From positions 1 through 42,230 of the IMG/VR virus record IMGVR_UViG_3300020045_003820: a DNA stretch of 42,230 nucleotides; one strand, written 5' to 3'. The position numbers were made by a program, and so were the translations under genes. The DNA comes from a virus (Duplodnaviria; Caudoviricetes). A model generated the notes under the pieces. The model searched no databases. It was given only the letters and a program-made list of their open reading frames with translations, and was not told the DNA's origin. Below, piece by piece: positions 1 through 9,030 of the stretch; position 1 is the first letter of the stretch; each line of letters begins with the position of its first letter.

Positions 1-121
1 ACGCGGCCCAATCATAATACCAGTGCAAACGCCGAAGTCCCCGGCGGTTATTCCTGAGGTTACGACTGATAGCCCGATGACCGGCGTGCAAAACTCGGAT
101 CCGGGCGCCTATGGTTTTCAG
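1..121. repeat. Terminal direct repeat, left copy (identical to 42110-42230); probably an assembly overlap of a circular or circularly permuted genome
   Basis: The first 121 nt match the last 121 nt exactly, and the portal reading frame continues across the join. Confidence 0.95.
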
Positions 122-1822
122 CCGTCGATATTGGGCGGCGCCTTTCCCGGAAACTACCCGCCGTCCGCGAATATTGCTCAGCCAAATACCATTTTCCATA
201 ACATGCGCTGGTGGCTCGTCACCAATCTTCGGCAAATGCTCAGCGAGGCTTACGTTGAACTCGGCCTAGTCCAGACTATTTGCAAGGTGCCAGTAGAAGA
301 CGCACTGCGCGGTGGTATCACGATCAAATCAAAACAACTCGACGAAGATCAGATATCGGAACTTGCGGCGCTTATGGACGAGCAAGGCGATACGGAAACC
401 GCTGGCGAGGCCGCTGAGTGGGATCGGCTTTTCGGTGGCTCGGCCGTCCTGATCTTTACCGAAGATGATCCAAGCGAACCGCTCGTTATCGACGATATTT
501 ACGAAGGCGAGGATATCGAGTTCCGCGCGGTCGATCTTTGGGAACTGTTTTTCGATTTGGTGTCGGTCGGTAGTTACGAAGAGGCGCTATCGGATCCGAA
601 CGTCGAGTATTTCGATTATTACGGTGAGCGCATTCATAGGTCGCGCGTTCTTTTGTTGAAAGGTATCAAGGCACCGTCTTTCGTTCGCCCGCGCCTTCGC
701 GGTTGGGGCGTGTCGGTTGTTGAAACGCTCGTCACCGGCATAAACCAGTATTTGAAAGCCGCGAATCTAACCTATGAAGTGCTCGACGAATTTAAACTCG
801 ATATCTACCGTATCAATAACTTTGCATCGTCGGCATTTGCTCAAGGCGGCCTCGAAAGTTCTTCGGTACGCGACCGCGTGGAAATGGTGAACTTTCTAAA
901 GAACTTCCAAAACGCGATCGTGCTCGATAAAGAAGACGAATACGAAAATAAGCAGCTATCGTTTACGGGGCTTGCCGAGGCCCAAGCCGGTATCAGAATG
1001 CAAATCGCCAGCGATATGCGTATGCCGCTGACGAAACTATTCGGTATGAGCGCGCAGGGCTTTAATTCGGGTGAAGACGATATCGAAGTCTACAACGGAA
1101 TGATCGAGTCGTCGGTTCGCCGCAAACTAAAACGCCCGATACTTCAAATGGTAAAGATCAGGTGTCAGCAATTATGGGGTTTCGTACCCGACGATTTGCA
1201 GATAGCCTTCAAACCCCTACGCGTCATGAGTTCTACCGACGAGGAAACCGTAAAAACCTCACTCTTCAATCGGGCCCTGCAAGCGCGCCAGGCCGGGGAA
1301 CTCGATTCGGACGAGTTTGCAGATATCATGAATCGCGGCGAGCTATTTCCGATCCGGATCAAGTCGCAGAAAGCCGAATTGGGTCTCGACGATAACTTAG
1401 ACGACACCATCGAAGAGGACGATAGACCTGGGAAGGGCAAAGTGAATAAGACACGCGGTAAAGACACCAATACGAATGCGCCAGCGAATAACACGCGACA
1501 CCTACGCGTTATGAACTCGCGAGAAACACGCGAGCGAGCGCCCATTATCGTTTTGCCACCACCCTATACGACGGGTGAACGTATACGCCGGTCGGTATTC
1601 AATTCTACCGCTTTTGACCTCGCAAGCTACGAGGCGGACGGCGGCGATAATTGGATCGATCCGCAACGGGCAAAGCTTTTCGAGGATCCGCTAGGTGTCG
1701 ATCAAACGCTTTGGTCAAAAGCCCGTTTGGGTAGCAAGGACGCATTCAAGGGTGAAGTCCGTTGGCAATATACCGCTTGGTTATATCGTAAAATGGGCGG
1801 CCGTTTTTCAAACTTAAACTAG
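23..1822 (+). CDS. Portal protein (DUF1073-like); true start is probably ATG 42096 across the circular join
   Basis: Follows TerL. Motifs WDRLFGGS, RIHRSR, GWGVSV and MPLTKLFGMSAQGFNSGEDD are typical of this portal family. Confidence 0.9.
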   Translation: MQTPKSPAVIPEVTTDSPMTGVQNSDPGAYGFQPSILGGAFPGNYPPSANIAQPNTIFHNMRWWLVTNLRQMLSEAYVELGLVQTICKVPVEDALRGGITIKSKQLDEDQISELAALMDEQGDTETAGEAAEWDRLFGGSAVLIFTEDDPSEPLVIDDIYEGEDIEFRAVDLWELFFDLVSVGSYEEALSDPNVEYFDYYGERIHRSRVLLLKGIKAPSFVRPRLRGWGVSVVETLVTGINQYLKAANLTYEVLDEFKLDIYRINNFASSAFAQGGLESSSVRDRVEMVNFLKNFQNAIVLDKEDEYENKQLSFTGLAEAQAGIRMQIASDMRMPLTKLFGMSAQGFNSGEDDIEVYNGMIESSVRRKLKRPILQMVKIRCQQLWGFVPDDLQIAFKPLRVMSSTDEETVKTSLFNRALQARQAGELDSDEFADIMNRGELFPIRIKSQKAELGLDDNLDDTIEEDDRPGKGKVNKTRGKDTNTNAPANNTRHLRVMNSRETRERAPIIVLPPPYTTGERIRRSVFNSTAFDLASYEADGGDNWIDPQRAKLFEDPLGVDQTLWSKARLGSKDAFKGEVRWQYTAWLYRKMGGRFSNLN

Positions 1823-1834
1823 GGAGAATGACTT

Positions 1835-2203
1835 ATGCGTTGGATAGTTGGTATGACACTCGGAGAAATGGAAACTCAGGCGATTCGCGATGCGATGAAA
1901 CACCATGACGGTAACAAAACGCAGACCGCCCGTGCGCTCGGTATTTCCGAACGCACGCTTTACGATAAGCTGAAAGCGATCGAACTACTCGATTACAATA
2001 CGCGGCAAGCTATTATCGAGGATACGGAAACGCGCCGGGTTTGGCTCGCTCGTCAGCGCGGCGGCCGCGACACCTATCCGGGTGAGGCCGAAGGTGAGAA
2101 TAGAACCGTCGTGAAGGAAATAGAATCCGGTTTCAAAGAAGACGATCCGCATAATGAAAAATACGAACCAATGCCAGCCGCTAAGAGGAGTCGGGCAAAA
2201 TGA
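1835..2203 (+). CDS. Fis/NtrC-type (HTH_8) DNA-binding protein
   Basis: TLGEMETQAIRDAMKHHDGNKTQTARALGISERTLYDKLK closely follows the Fis-type HTH pattern; GGAG RBS upstream. Confidence 0.85.
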   Translation: MRWIVGMTLGEMETQAIRDAMKHHDGNKTQTARALGISERTLYDKLKAIELLDYNTRQAIIEDTETRRVWLARQRGGRDTYPGEAEGENRTVVKEIESGFKEDDPHNEKYEPMPAAKRSRAK

Positions 2204-2466
2204 AAACTCTGTTAGCTTTCATTTTTCTTCTCAGCGCGTGTCGATCGTCGTCACCAAGCGAGGGTCGATTAATTACTGACCCGGTTATGCAAGCGAAGGC
2301 TATTCGATACCAACAAAAGAAAGTCGATTGCCTAAAAACGTCAATGGGTGATGACGAGTATTTGAAATGCGTTGGTATGAAACGATTGAATGCAAATGAC
2401 CTTTACTGCGAAGGCCCGAATTGTTGGGAAGACTTAAAAAATGATCAGACAGGTCTTCGCGAATGA
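2200..2466 (+). CDS. Small putative lipoprotein
   Basis: MKTLLAFIFLLSAC signal peptide with lipobox; ATGA coupling at both ends. Confidence 0.7.
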   Translation: MKTLLAFIFLLSACRSSSPSEGRLITDPVMQAKAIRYQQKKVDCLKTSMGDDEYLKCVGMKRLNANDLYCEGPNCWEDLKNDQTGLRE

Positions 2467-3461
2467 CCGTCATCGTCCGCAAAGGTGTCAAGTATAAAGT
2501 CCTTCCGGTTATTCCGATAACGCAGGGTTATTGGGACGAGCTTATGGATCGGATCAAGGCCGAGTTTCGTAAAAAGCTCTATGGCCCTATGCTCAAGAAA
2601 ATTAAAAAACCCGTATCGAGCGTCCACAACGCGATTGACGATGCTTTGATCGCTGCAATCAAGTCAGGGCGCGTGGTCTACCATCGCGGGCGTATATCGG
2701 GGAAGTTTTCCGCGCAAATTTCTCGAGAAATTAAACGTATGGGCGGCACTTGGGATAAGAAAACCTCTTCCTTCCGATTGCCTAAGTCCCAAATGCCCGC
2801 CGCCGTCAAGCGAAACGTTGCGTCCGCTAACGAAAAATTTCAAAAACAAACGGCGTCCATATTAAAGGAACTGAATCGGAAGAAACTTCCGGAAGAAATT
2901 GCAAAAGGCATAAAAGCGAAAGATATTTTTGACCTTCAACTCGGAAAAGTTGACAATGACACCGATAAGTCTCTAAAGAATATTACAGTCCCAGCAAAGC
3001 TTACTTATTCCGAACGCGCTAAATTGTCACGAGAGTGGCAAAACAACTTGCGAATTTGGATAAAAGATTTTGCAAAAGAGGAAATTCAGTCTTTGCGGGA
3101 AACCGTTAAGCAGAATGTTTTCGAAGGCGGACGATACGAAGGTCTGATCGAGGGAATACAATCATCCTATGGTGTCACCTCGAGAAAAGCAAGGTTTCTT
3201 GCGCGGCAAGAATCAAATTTATTGCTCGCGAAGTTCAAAGAAACCAAATACCAATCGGCCGGGGTTTACGAATACGTTTGGGAATGCGTTGCGGGATCGC
3301 CCGCCCACCCAGTCCGCCCCTCGCACCTAGCGTTAAAGGGTACGGTTCAAAGATTCGATAAGCCGCCGATCACGACGGGCCCTGGCGAACCGGTTCGAAG
3401 AAATAACCCCGGTGAAGATTATGGTTGTCGCTGCAATGCGAGGCCGATTGTTAGATTTTAA
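2463..3461 (+). CDS. Head morphogenesis / minor head protein (SPP1 gp7 / Mu gpF-like)
   Basis: ARFLARQE, YVW, VRPSH and PGEDYGCRC motifs; position after the portal. Confidence 0.9.
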   Translation: MTVIVRKGVKYKVLPVIPITQGYWDELMDRIKAEFRKKLYGPMLKKIKKPVSSVHNAIDDALIAAIKSGRVVYHRGRISGKFSAQISREIKRMGGTWDKKTSSFRLPKSQMPAAVKRNVASANEKFQKQTASILKELNRKKLPEEIAKGIKAKDIFDLQLGKVDNDTDKSLKNITVPAKLTYSERAKLSREWQNNLRIWIKDFAKEEIQSLRETVKQNVFEGGRYEGLIEGIQSSYGVTSRKARFLARQESNLLLAKFKETKYQSAGVYEYVWECVAGSPAHPVRPSHLALKGTVQRFDKPPITTGPGEPVRRNNPGEDYGCRCNARPIVRF

Positions 3462-3473
3462 AACGGAGTAGGA

Positions 3474-4811
3474 ATGCGATTGCGTCGGAAAAAGAAAAAC
3501 CTTAGAATTTCCAACGCTGATTCGCATCCGTACGGCCTCGTCCTTTACGGCCTTCACATGACCCCAGGTGTCGCCGAATACGCTCTACCCGACGGCAAGT
3601 TCCGTCTATTCATATCCGAAGATACCATCCGAAACATGGGCATGACCGCCGCCGGCCGACCTATGTTTGTTGAGCATAACGAAGACTTCCCCAAAGACCG
3701 CGAATCACTAAAACAACTCGCCGATGGTTGGATCACCGAAAGCTTTTTTAACGAGGCTGACGGCAAGCATTGGTTCAAGTTTGTATTGGTATCGGATAAC
3801 GGCATACGCGCCTACCAGCAAGGTTACGGCCTATCGAATGCCTACGATTTTAAATCAATCGACGATAGAAAGGGCCGCGTAAATGGGATGGACTACGATT
3901 TTGAAGTTCTGGACGGTGAGTATACTCACGTCGCTCTTGAGAAAAATCCACGGTATGAGTCAATAATCTTCACGCCCGAAGAATTCAAATCCTACAACGA
4001 AGAACAACGAGCTGCTATCAGGCGCGTTGCCAATTCTAACGATAAAAAAGGGAAACCAATGAAACGACGCGTACCTGCTAAGAAAGCTCAATCGACCGTG
4101 AAACCGAAATTCTCGTTCTTCAAACGAGAAAAGGTAAAAAACAGTGACGACTTCATGGGCGTCAGCGTTTTGCTACCTGAATCGAACGTGGAAATGACGA
4201 TCGAGGAAGTGATCGCCGTCGCTGATCAAATCCAAGGTGTCACCAATGCCGACGGTAAATACGTTTGCAATGAAGACGACGTCGTAGTCACCGAGGGTGA
4301 AGATGGTGAAGACGAAGAAATCACGGTCGGTGAATTGCTCGATCGCGTCATGGAACTCGAGGCTAAAGTCTCCGAACTCATGGGCGACGAAGACGAGGAA
4401 GAACTTGACGAAGATGATATCGAAAATGAAGATGACGACGAAGACGACGTTGAGAATGAAGACGACGAATTCGAAGAAGACGATACGCCGCCCAAGGCTA
4501 AAGTAAAACCCAAAATGAAAAAAGCGAAAAACAGCGACGACTCACGCCGCGTCACTCGTAAACTCGAAAAACCCGAACCTCGTACACGCTCCAAAAACCA
4601 AAAAACCTCACCCCGTTCAGCGCGTAACCGTGATGACGATCGCCGTAAGTCGCGCAGCGAAATCAGTCAACAAAGAGCAAAAAGCATTCGGAACGCGGAC
4701 GATCGCTACATGAAAGAAGACGATAATTCAAACGTCTACACGATTGACACCATGCAATCGCAAGTCGAGCGCGGCATGAATCGTTATGGTCAGCCGGTGA
4801 ATAAAAAGTAA
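3474..4811 (+). CDS. Prohead protease (DUF2213-like) fused to an acidic scaffold region; possible internal scaffold start at ATG 4059
   Basis: GRPMFVEH, GLSNAY and YTHVALEKNPRY motifs; acidic C-terminal half; in-frame ATG 4059 preceded by AAGGGA. Confidence 0.8.
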   Translation: MRLRRKKKNLRISNADSHPYGLVLYGLHMTPGVAEYALPDGKFRLFISEDTIRNMGMTAAGRPMFVEHNEDFPKDRESLKQLADGWITESFFNEADGKHWFKFVLVSDNGIRAYQQGYGLSNAYDFKSIDDRKGRVNGMDYDFEVLDGEYTHVALEKNPRYESIIFTPEEFKSYNEEQRAAIRRVANSNDKKGKPMKRRVPAKKAQSTVKPKFSFFKREKVKNSDDFMGVSVLLPESNVEMTIEEVIAVADQIQGVTNADGKYVCNEDDVVVTEGEDGEDEEITVGELLDRVMELEAKVSELMGDEDEEELDEDDIENEDDDEDDVENEDDEFEEDDTPPKAKVKPKMKKAKNSDDSRRVTRKLEKPEPRTRSKNQKTSPRSARNRDDDRRKSRSEISQQRAKSIRNADDRYMKEDDNSNVYTIDTMQSQVERGMNRYGQPVNKK

Positions 4812-4870
4812 TTTGCCGTTTTTTGTTTGCGTTCTCGAATCCAACTTTTTCTCTTTAAAGGAAAATTAAA

Positions 4871-5635
4871 ATGACCGCTCCAGTAATAAGCGTCTTAGCA
4901 ACAACTACTACCACTGCAAAACTCGTAGGAACTGCCGCTACAGGTGTCGGCCCGTTCACCTACCAATGGTACCGATCTACAACCGCTGGTTTTACACCAG
5001 GCGGCGGAAACATTCTTGCGGGTAAGACGAGCCTTTCGCTTACCGATACCGGCCTCACGCCGAACGTCGCCTACTATTATAAATTGGTGGCAACGGACAC
5101 TGGCGATTCGAATACGACGCAAACTTCTAACCAAGCGGCCGTTGTATCCGAGCCTCAAGGTCTTACCGAAAACCCTAACCAGTTTGCTCAAAACGCGATT
5201 CTCGGTCAGCCTACTGATCAAGTCCAGCCGAATACTCAAAACATGCAAATCGACGTTTCCGAAACCGCCACTCTTCGCGCCGGTCAGGCCGTGAAGTTTA
5301 TCGGTACCGGAAAAGGCGGCATTCCGAAAGTGGTCGCATGTACAGCGGATACTGATCAAGTTTGCGGTTATATCAATTTTAACCCGCAAAAGAACGTCTA
5401 TGTAGCTGGCGACCGCGTACAGGTGTCAGGCATGCTCAACGTGCTCTTCCTATCCTGCAGCTCGGCCGTAGCGCGCGGCGGTCAGGTTTGCCTTGAGACT
5501 GACGCCTACGGCTCGGTAAAGGCAACAACCGGATCCTCAGGCGCCCGTATCGTCGGATACGCCCTGGACGTTGCGGCGGCCGGTGACACTATTCCGATCT
5601 TCCTACTGACACCATCGTTCCGATTGGATGCGTAA
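4871..5635 (+). CDS. Capsid decoration/cement protein with an N-terminal FN3/Ig-like domain
   Basis: Lies between protease and MCP; YQWYRS...TDTGLTPNVAYYYKLVATD is FN3-like; C-terminal part is beta-rich. Confidence 0.7.
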   Translation: MTAPVISVLATTTTTAKLVGTAATGVGPFTYQWYRSTTAGFTPGGGNILAGKTSLSLTDTGLTPNVAYYYKLVATDTGDSNTTQTSNQAAVVSEPQGLTENPNQFAQNAILGQPTDQVQPNTQNMQIDVSETATLRAGQAVKFIGTGKGGIPKVVACTADTDQVCGYINFNPQKNVYVAGDRVQVSGMLNVLFLSCSSAVARGGQVCLETDAYGSVKATTGSSGARIVGYALDVAAAGDTIPIFLLTPSFRLDA

Positions 5636-5693
5636 TACCCGGACGGTTTTTAGCTAACTCTTTTTGAAACAAAATATTATCGGAGATGTATAT

Positions 5694-6794
5694 ATGACAC
5701 GCCGCCCCCAAGTTCTCGGAGTCGATGGTAAGCCAGTAAAACTCACGCCGGCCGAGCGATATCATGCGCAGCACCTTGAGCGACGAATCGATCAAGAATG
5801 CGCTCATATTTTCATGGCTCGTAACATCAAGAAAGTCTCGAACGCCCTTGGGTATCAAGTCGATATCACAACGCTCACGACGATTTTGAAATCGATCACC
5901 GAGCAAAAATTTTACACCATCCCTTTCGCAACGTATCTTCCCGTTAAAGTCGGTGAAGGCGCATGGTCGAATTTCCTTTTGAACTACCGTTCGTTTGATG
6001 GTGCCTCACCATTCGAAGACGGTATTTTGCAAACAGGTGCCGACAACGCGCGCCTTGCGACGGCAACGTCAGCGGTCGACTCAGTAACAACCGAGGTCTT
6101 CAATTGGGCAAAGGGTATCGGTTGGAATATTATCGAACTTTTCCAAGCCTCGAAATCCGGTAACTGGGATATCGTGACGAGCAAAGAAAAGGCTCGTAAG
6201 CGTAACTGGGATCTAGGTATGCAATCAGTCGCATTCCTCGGTACAAAGGGCAATAGCACGCGTTGCCGCGGTTTGCTTAACCAGCCTTCGGCAAACGTCG
6301 ACACGACGACTATTACCGAGGCGATCAGCGGTATGACGTCAACGGAGCTTAACACCTTCGCTAAAAACATCGTCCAGGCGTATCGTGCTAACTCCGCATA
6401 CACCACTTACCCGACTCACTTCATTATCCCAGAATCAGACTTCAACGGTTTGGGCTCGCAAATGAGCGAAGACTTCCCACTCCGTACGAAAATGTCGATC
6501 CTATTGGAAGTCTTCCAATTGATCACGATGAATCAAAACTTCAAAATCCTTCCGCTTGCGTACGCGGACGCCCCTCAACATATCGGCGTAACAGGTATCG
6601 ACGGTTTGCAAGTTTACACCTTGCTCAACTACGACGAAGATTCATTGCGCATGAATATTCCGGTCGACTACACCAATACCATGCAAAACACGATCGATGG
6701 TTTCAACTTCCAAAGCGCGGGCTACGGTCAGTTTACAGGTGTCACCTTGCTGCGTCCGTTGGAACTTTTGTACTTCACGTACACGGCTTCATAA
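5694..6794 (+). CDS. Major capsid protein (DUF2184 / HK97-fold); start placed at ATG 5694
   Basis: GGAG RBS precedes 5694; size and position; AFLG...GLLNQP motif and C-terminal TGVTLLRP. Confidence 0.88.
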   Translation: MTRRPQVLGVDGKPVKLTPAERYHAQHLERRIDQECAHIFMARNIKKVSNALGYQVDITTLTTILKSITEQKFYTIPFATYLPVKVGEGAWSNFLLNYRSFDGASPFEDGILQTGADNARLATATSAVDSVTTEVFNWAKGIGWNIIELFQASKSGNWDIVTSKEKARKRNWDLGMQSVAFLGTKGNSTRCRGLLNQPSANVDTTTITEAISGMTSTELNTFAKNIVQAYRANSAYTTYPTHFIIPESDFNGLGSQMSEDFPLRTKMSILLEVFQLITMNQNFKILPLAYADAPQHIGVTGIDGLQVYTLLNYDEDSLRMNIPVDYTNTMQNTIDGFNFQSAGYGQFTGVTLLRPLELLYFTYTAS

Positions 6795-6870
6795 CAAATT
6801 CACCGTTTCCCCGGTGGGTAGTGGCCTCTAAGACTTTGCGATGATCTTTTTCTGAATTCGTTTTCAGAGT

Positions 6871-6902
6871 GGGCGGGTGGTTTCTACCACTCGTCCTATT
6901 TA
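6871..6902 (+). terminator. GC-rich hairpin after the MCP gene; possible weak terminator or RNA-stabilising stem
   Basis: GGGCGGGTGG-TTTCTA-CCACTCGTCC stem with G:U pairs, followed by TATTTA. Confidence 0.45.
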
Positions 6903-6918
6903 CCTAGAAGAGAAATGA

Positions 6919-7350
6919 ATGGCTTTTGTAAATCCTACCGTCGACGAGTTCAAAACGTTCTTTGCAAGGGACTTCCCTTACGGAGATACGCCCGAATTTG
7001 TTATGGATCAGGATATAACGAAAGCTTTCATTCAAACCAACGTATCGATTTTCAGCCGTTTTCCCGCGCAGGACGTTTATACGCTTGGGTACGATTACCT
7101 CGCCGCGCATTACCTTACGCTTAATCTACAGGCGTCATCGCAAGGTGTCGCTGGTACTGGGACGCCAGGTCTTACGGCCTCGAAAAGTGTAGGGTCAGTA
7201 TCGGAAGGTTATCAGATACCAGAAATCTACATGAAGAATCCGACCTTCGCGTCGTTTTCAAAAACGAAATACGGTCAAATGTATTTTGAAATGATCTACC
7301 CCTACCTCGTCGGAAGTATGACCGTCGTAAGAGGGAGCACGCGCCCATGA
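6919..7350 (+). CDS. Head-tail adaptor (DUF4054-like)
   Basis: YLAAHYL, SKSVGSVS and TKYGQMY motifs; position after MCP. Confidence 0.8.
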   Translation: MAFVNPTVDEFKTFFARDFPYGDTPEFVMDQDITKAFIQTNVSIFSRFPAQDVYTLGYDYLAAHYLTLNLQASSQGVAGTGTPGLTASKSVGSVSEGYQIPEIYMKNPTFASFSKTKYGQMYFEMIYPYLVGSMTVVRGSTRP

Positions 7351-7862
7351 CCGTTAAAATGGACACTAAAGGTCTGGACGGTCTACTGAAATTGCTCAAA
7401 ACGAGCAAAGAGAAAGCGCGCGTAGGTATCATGGGTTCGGGCGCCGCTGAAATGCATATGAATGCCGACGGTTCTTCCTCAGGTGCCACCAATGTAACTA
7501 TCGGTGCTGCGCATGAGTTTGGTATCGATATCATTCAATCGCGCGGCGATAAGACGGTAACAATATCTTTGCCGGAACGATCTTTCCTTCGCATCCCTTT
7601 GCAGGATCTTTGGTACTCGCGTATAAAAGCGGCGGGTGGTTTTGGGAAATCGGTTCTAACAGAAATCATAAAGACGAAAAGTTTTACGCCGTGGCTTACC
7701 AAGGCCGGGCTCGTAGGCGTTGAAATCGTGCAAGGTGCTTTTGATTCGGGCGGCTATGGGAAATGGAAAGTTTCCAATATGCGCTATAAGAAAAATCATC
7801 AAACGCTCGTAGAAACTCAACAACTTCGAAACTCCGTAATTTCGGAGGTCGTAGCGAAATGA
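7347..7862 (+). CDS. Neck / virion morphogenesis protein
   Basis: AAHEFG, PERSFLR and LVETQQLRNSV motifs. Confidence 0.75.
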   Translation: MTVKMDTKGLDGLLKLLKTSKEKARVGIMGSGAAEMHMNADGSSSGATNVTIGAAHEFGIDIIQSRGDKTVTISLPERSFLRIPLQDLWYSRIKAAGGFGKSVLTEIIKTKSFTPWLTKAGLVGVEIVQGAFDSGGYGKWKVSNMRYKKNHQTLVETQQLRNSVISEVVAK

Positions 7863-8275
7863 GCAACGGCATTCTCATAAACGCCTCGAGCGTTCCACTG
7901 GGTACGATCAATCCAAACCTTCCGCAAATGACGGGCACCTTAAACGATTGGCTTATGCCTATGAAGTTTAACCGCGTGACAAAAACCGTTATTGCGGGTG
8001 AAGTCGTCGAGACGATGATCGAAGTCAATTTCCGTGGTGTCATTCAGCCGCTCAAAAATCGCGACCTCATGCTTAAACCCGAAGGCCAGCGTTCCTGGAC
8101 TTATCAGTGGTTACACGCCGAGCCGGGCCTTGATTTGAATACCGATGACGTCATCGTATTCCAAGGGAAACAAACCCGCGTCGTCGCGCTTAAAGATTAT
8201 CGCCTGTACGGGTATATCGAATATCAGCTTTGCCAGGACTATACCGGTGCCGGGCCCACGGTGGTGACACCATGA
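7859..8275 (+). CDS. Head closure / head-tail joining protein
   Basis: GVIQPL...L.PEGQR motif; gene order. Confidence 0.7.
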   Translation: MSNGILINASSVPLGTINPNLPQMTGTLNDWLMPMKFNRVTKTVIAGEVVETMIEVNFRGVIQPLKNRDLMLKPEGQRSWTYQWLHAEPGLDLNTDDVIVFQGKQTRVVALKDYRLYGYIEYQLCQDYTGAGPTVVTP

Positions 8276-9018
8276 GTATCGTTATCGGTCAATCAGCTTA
8301 CGCAGTCGGCCCGGGTATCAAAGCATCGTTTTTAGCGTCGGGCGGTACGGGCCCTTACGTCTATTCCCTATCGACGGTAAACGCGGCGGGCGGATCGATC
8401 AATTCGAGTTCGGGCGCCTATACCGCCCCGGCCGTTTGGAACGAAAACCCAAAGAATACCTACGACACCATAATCGCTACCGACTCGCTCGGTGCTACGG
8501 CCGAAGTCCGGATCGAAGTAGGCAACGCGATAAAGCTCTTTATGGAAATCATCCGAAGAGAAATGGGCCTTGCCGAAGATCGCGTTAGGCTTTATCAGCA
8601 AAAGATTTTTGAGCCGAGCGATGACGGTCTTTGGATCGCCGTCATGGTGTCTCGAGCAAAAGCTTTCGGGAACTCGAATAAGTTTAACCCCGCAACGCAA
8701 AAATCAGATCAGTACGTTTCTATGCAAGCCTCGCTCGAGGTTAGCGTATACTCGCGATCGACGGCCGCGTTGTGGCGAAAAGAGGACGTGCTTATCGCGC
8801 TGGCCTCGGACTATTCAAAGTACCAACAAAACGCAAACTCGTTTTCAATCGGTACGCTACCGGCGGGCGGTCACATGACTAACCTCGGTGTTATTGATGG
8901 TGCTGCGATACCTTATAATTTTCGCATACCGATCAATATCCAATACGCATATCCGAAAAGATCGGACGTTCCATATTTTGACGAGTTTCAGCAAACGCAA
9001 ATCATTACTGATTCATGA
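8272..9018 (+). CDS. Tail completion/terminator protein with an N-terminal Ig-like domain (start ATG 8272)
   Basis: ATGA overlap with the upstream stop; lies directly before the sheath gene; ASGGTGPYVYS...GGSINSSSGAYTAP Ig-like motif. Confidence 0.65.
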   Translation: MSIVIGQSAYAVGPGIKASFLASGGTGPYVYSLSTVNAAGGSINSSSGAYTAPAVWNENPKNTYDTIIATDSLGATAEVRIEVGNAIKLFMEIIRREMGLAEDRVRLYQQKIFEPSDDGLWIAVMVSRAKAFGNSNKFNPATQKSDQYVSMQASLEVSVYSRSTAALWRKEDVLIALASDYSKYQQNANSFSIGTLPAGGHMTNLGVIDGAAIPYNFRIPINIQYAYPKRSDVPYFDEFQQTQIITDS

Positions 9019-9030
9019 GAGGGCTATTGC

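Noticed and set aside
1-121. 121-bp repeat as a biological terminal repeat or att site
   Set aside because: It falls inside overlapping terL/portal coding sequence and is best explained as assembler overlap; read data would be needed to say otherwise.
4226-4594. Poly-Ser - strand ORF
   Set aside because: Antisense shadow of the acidic scaffold region.
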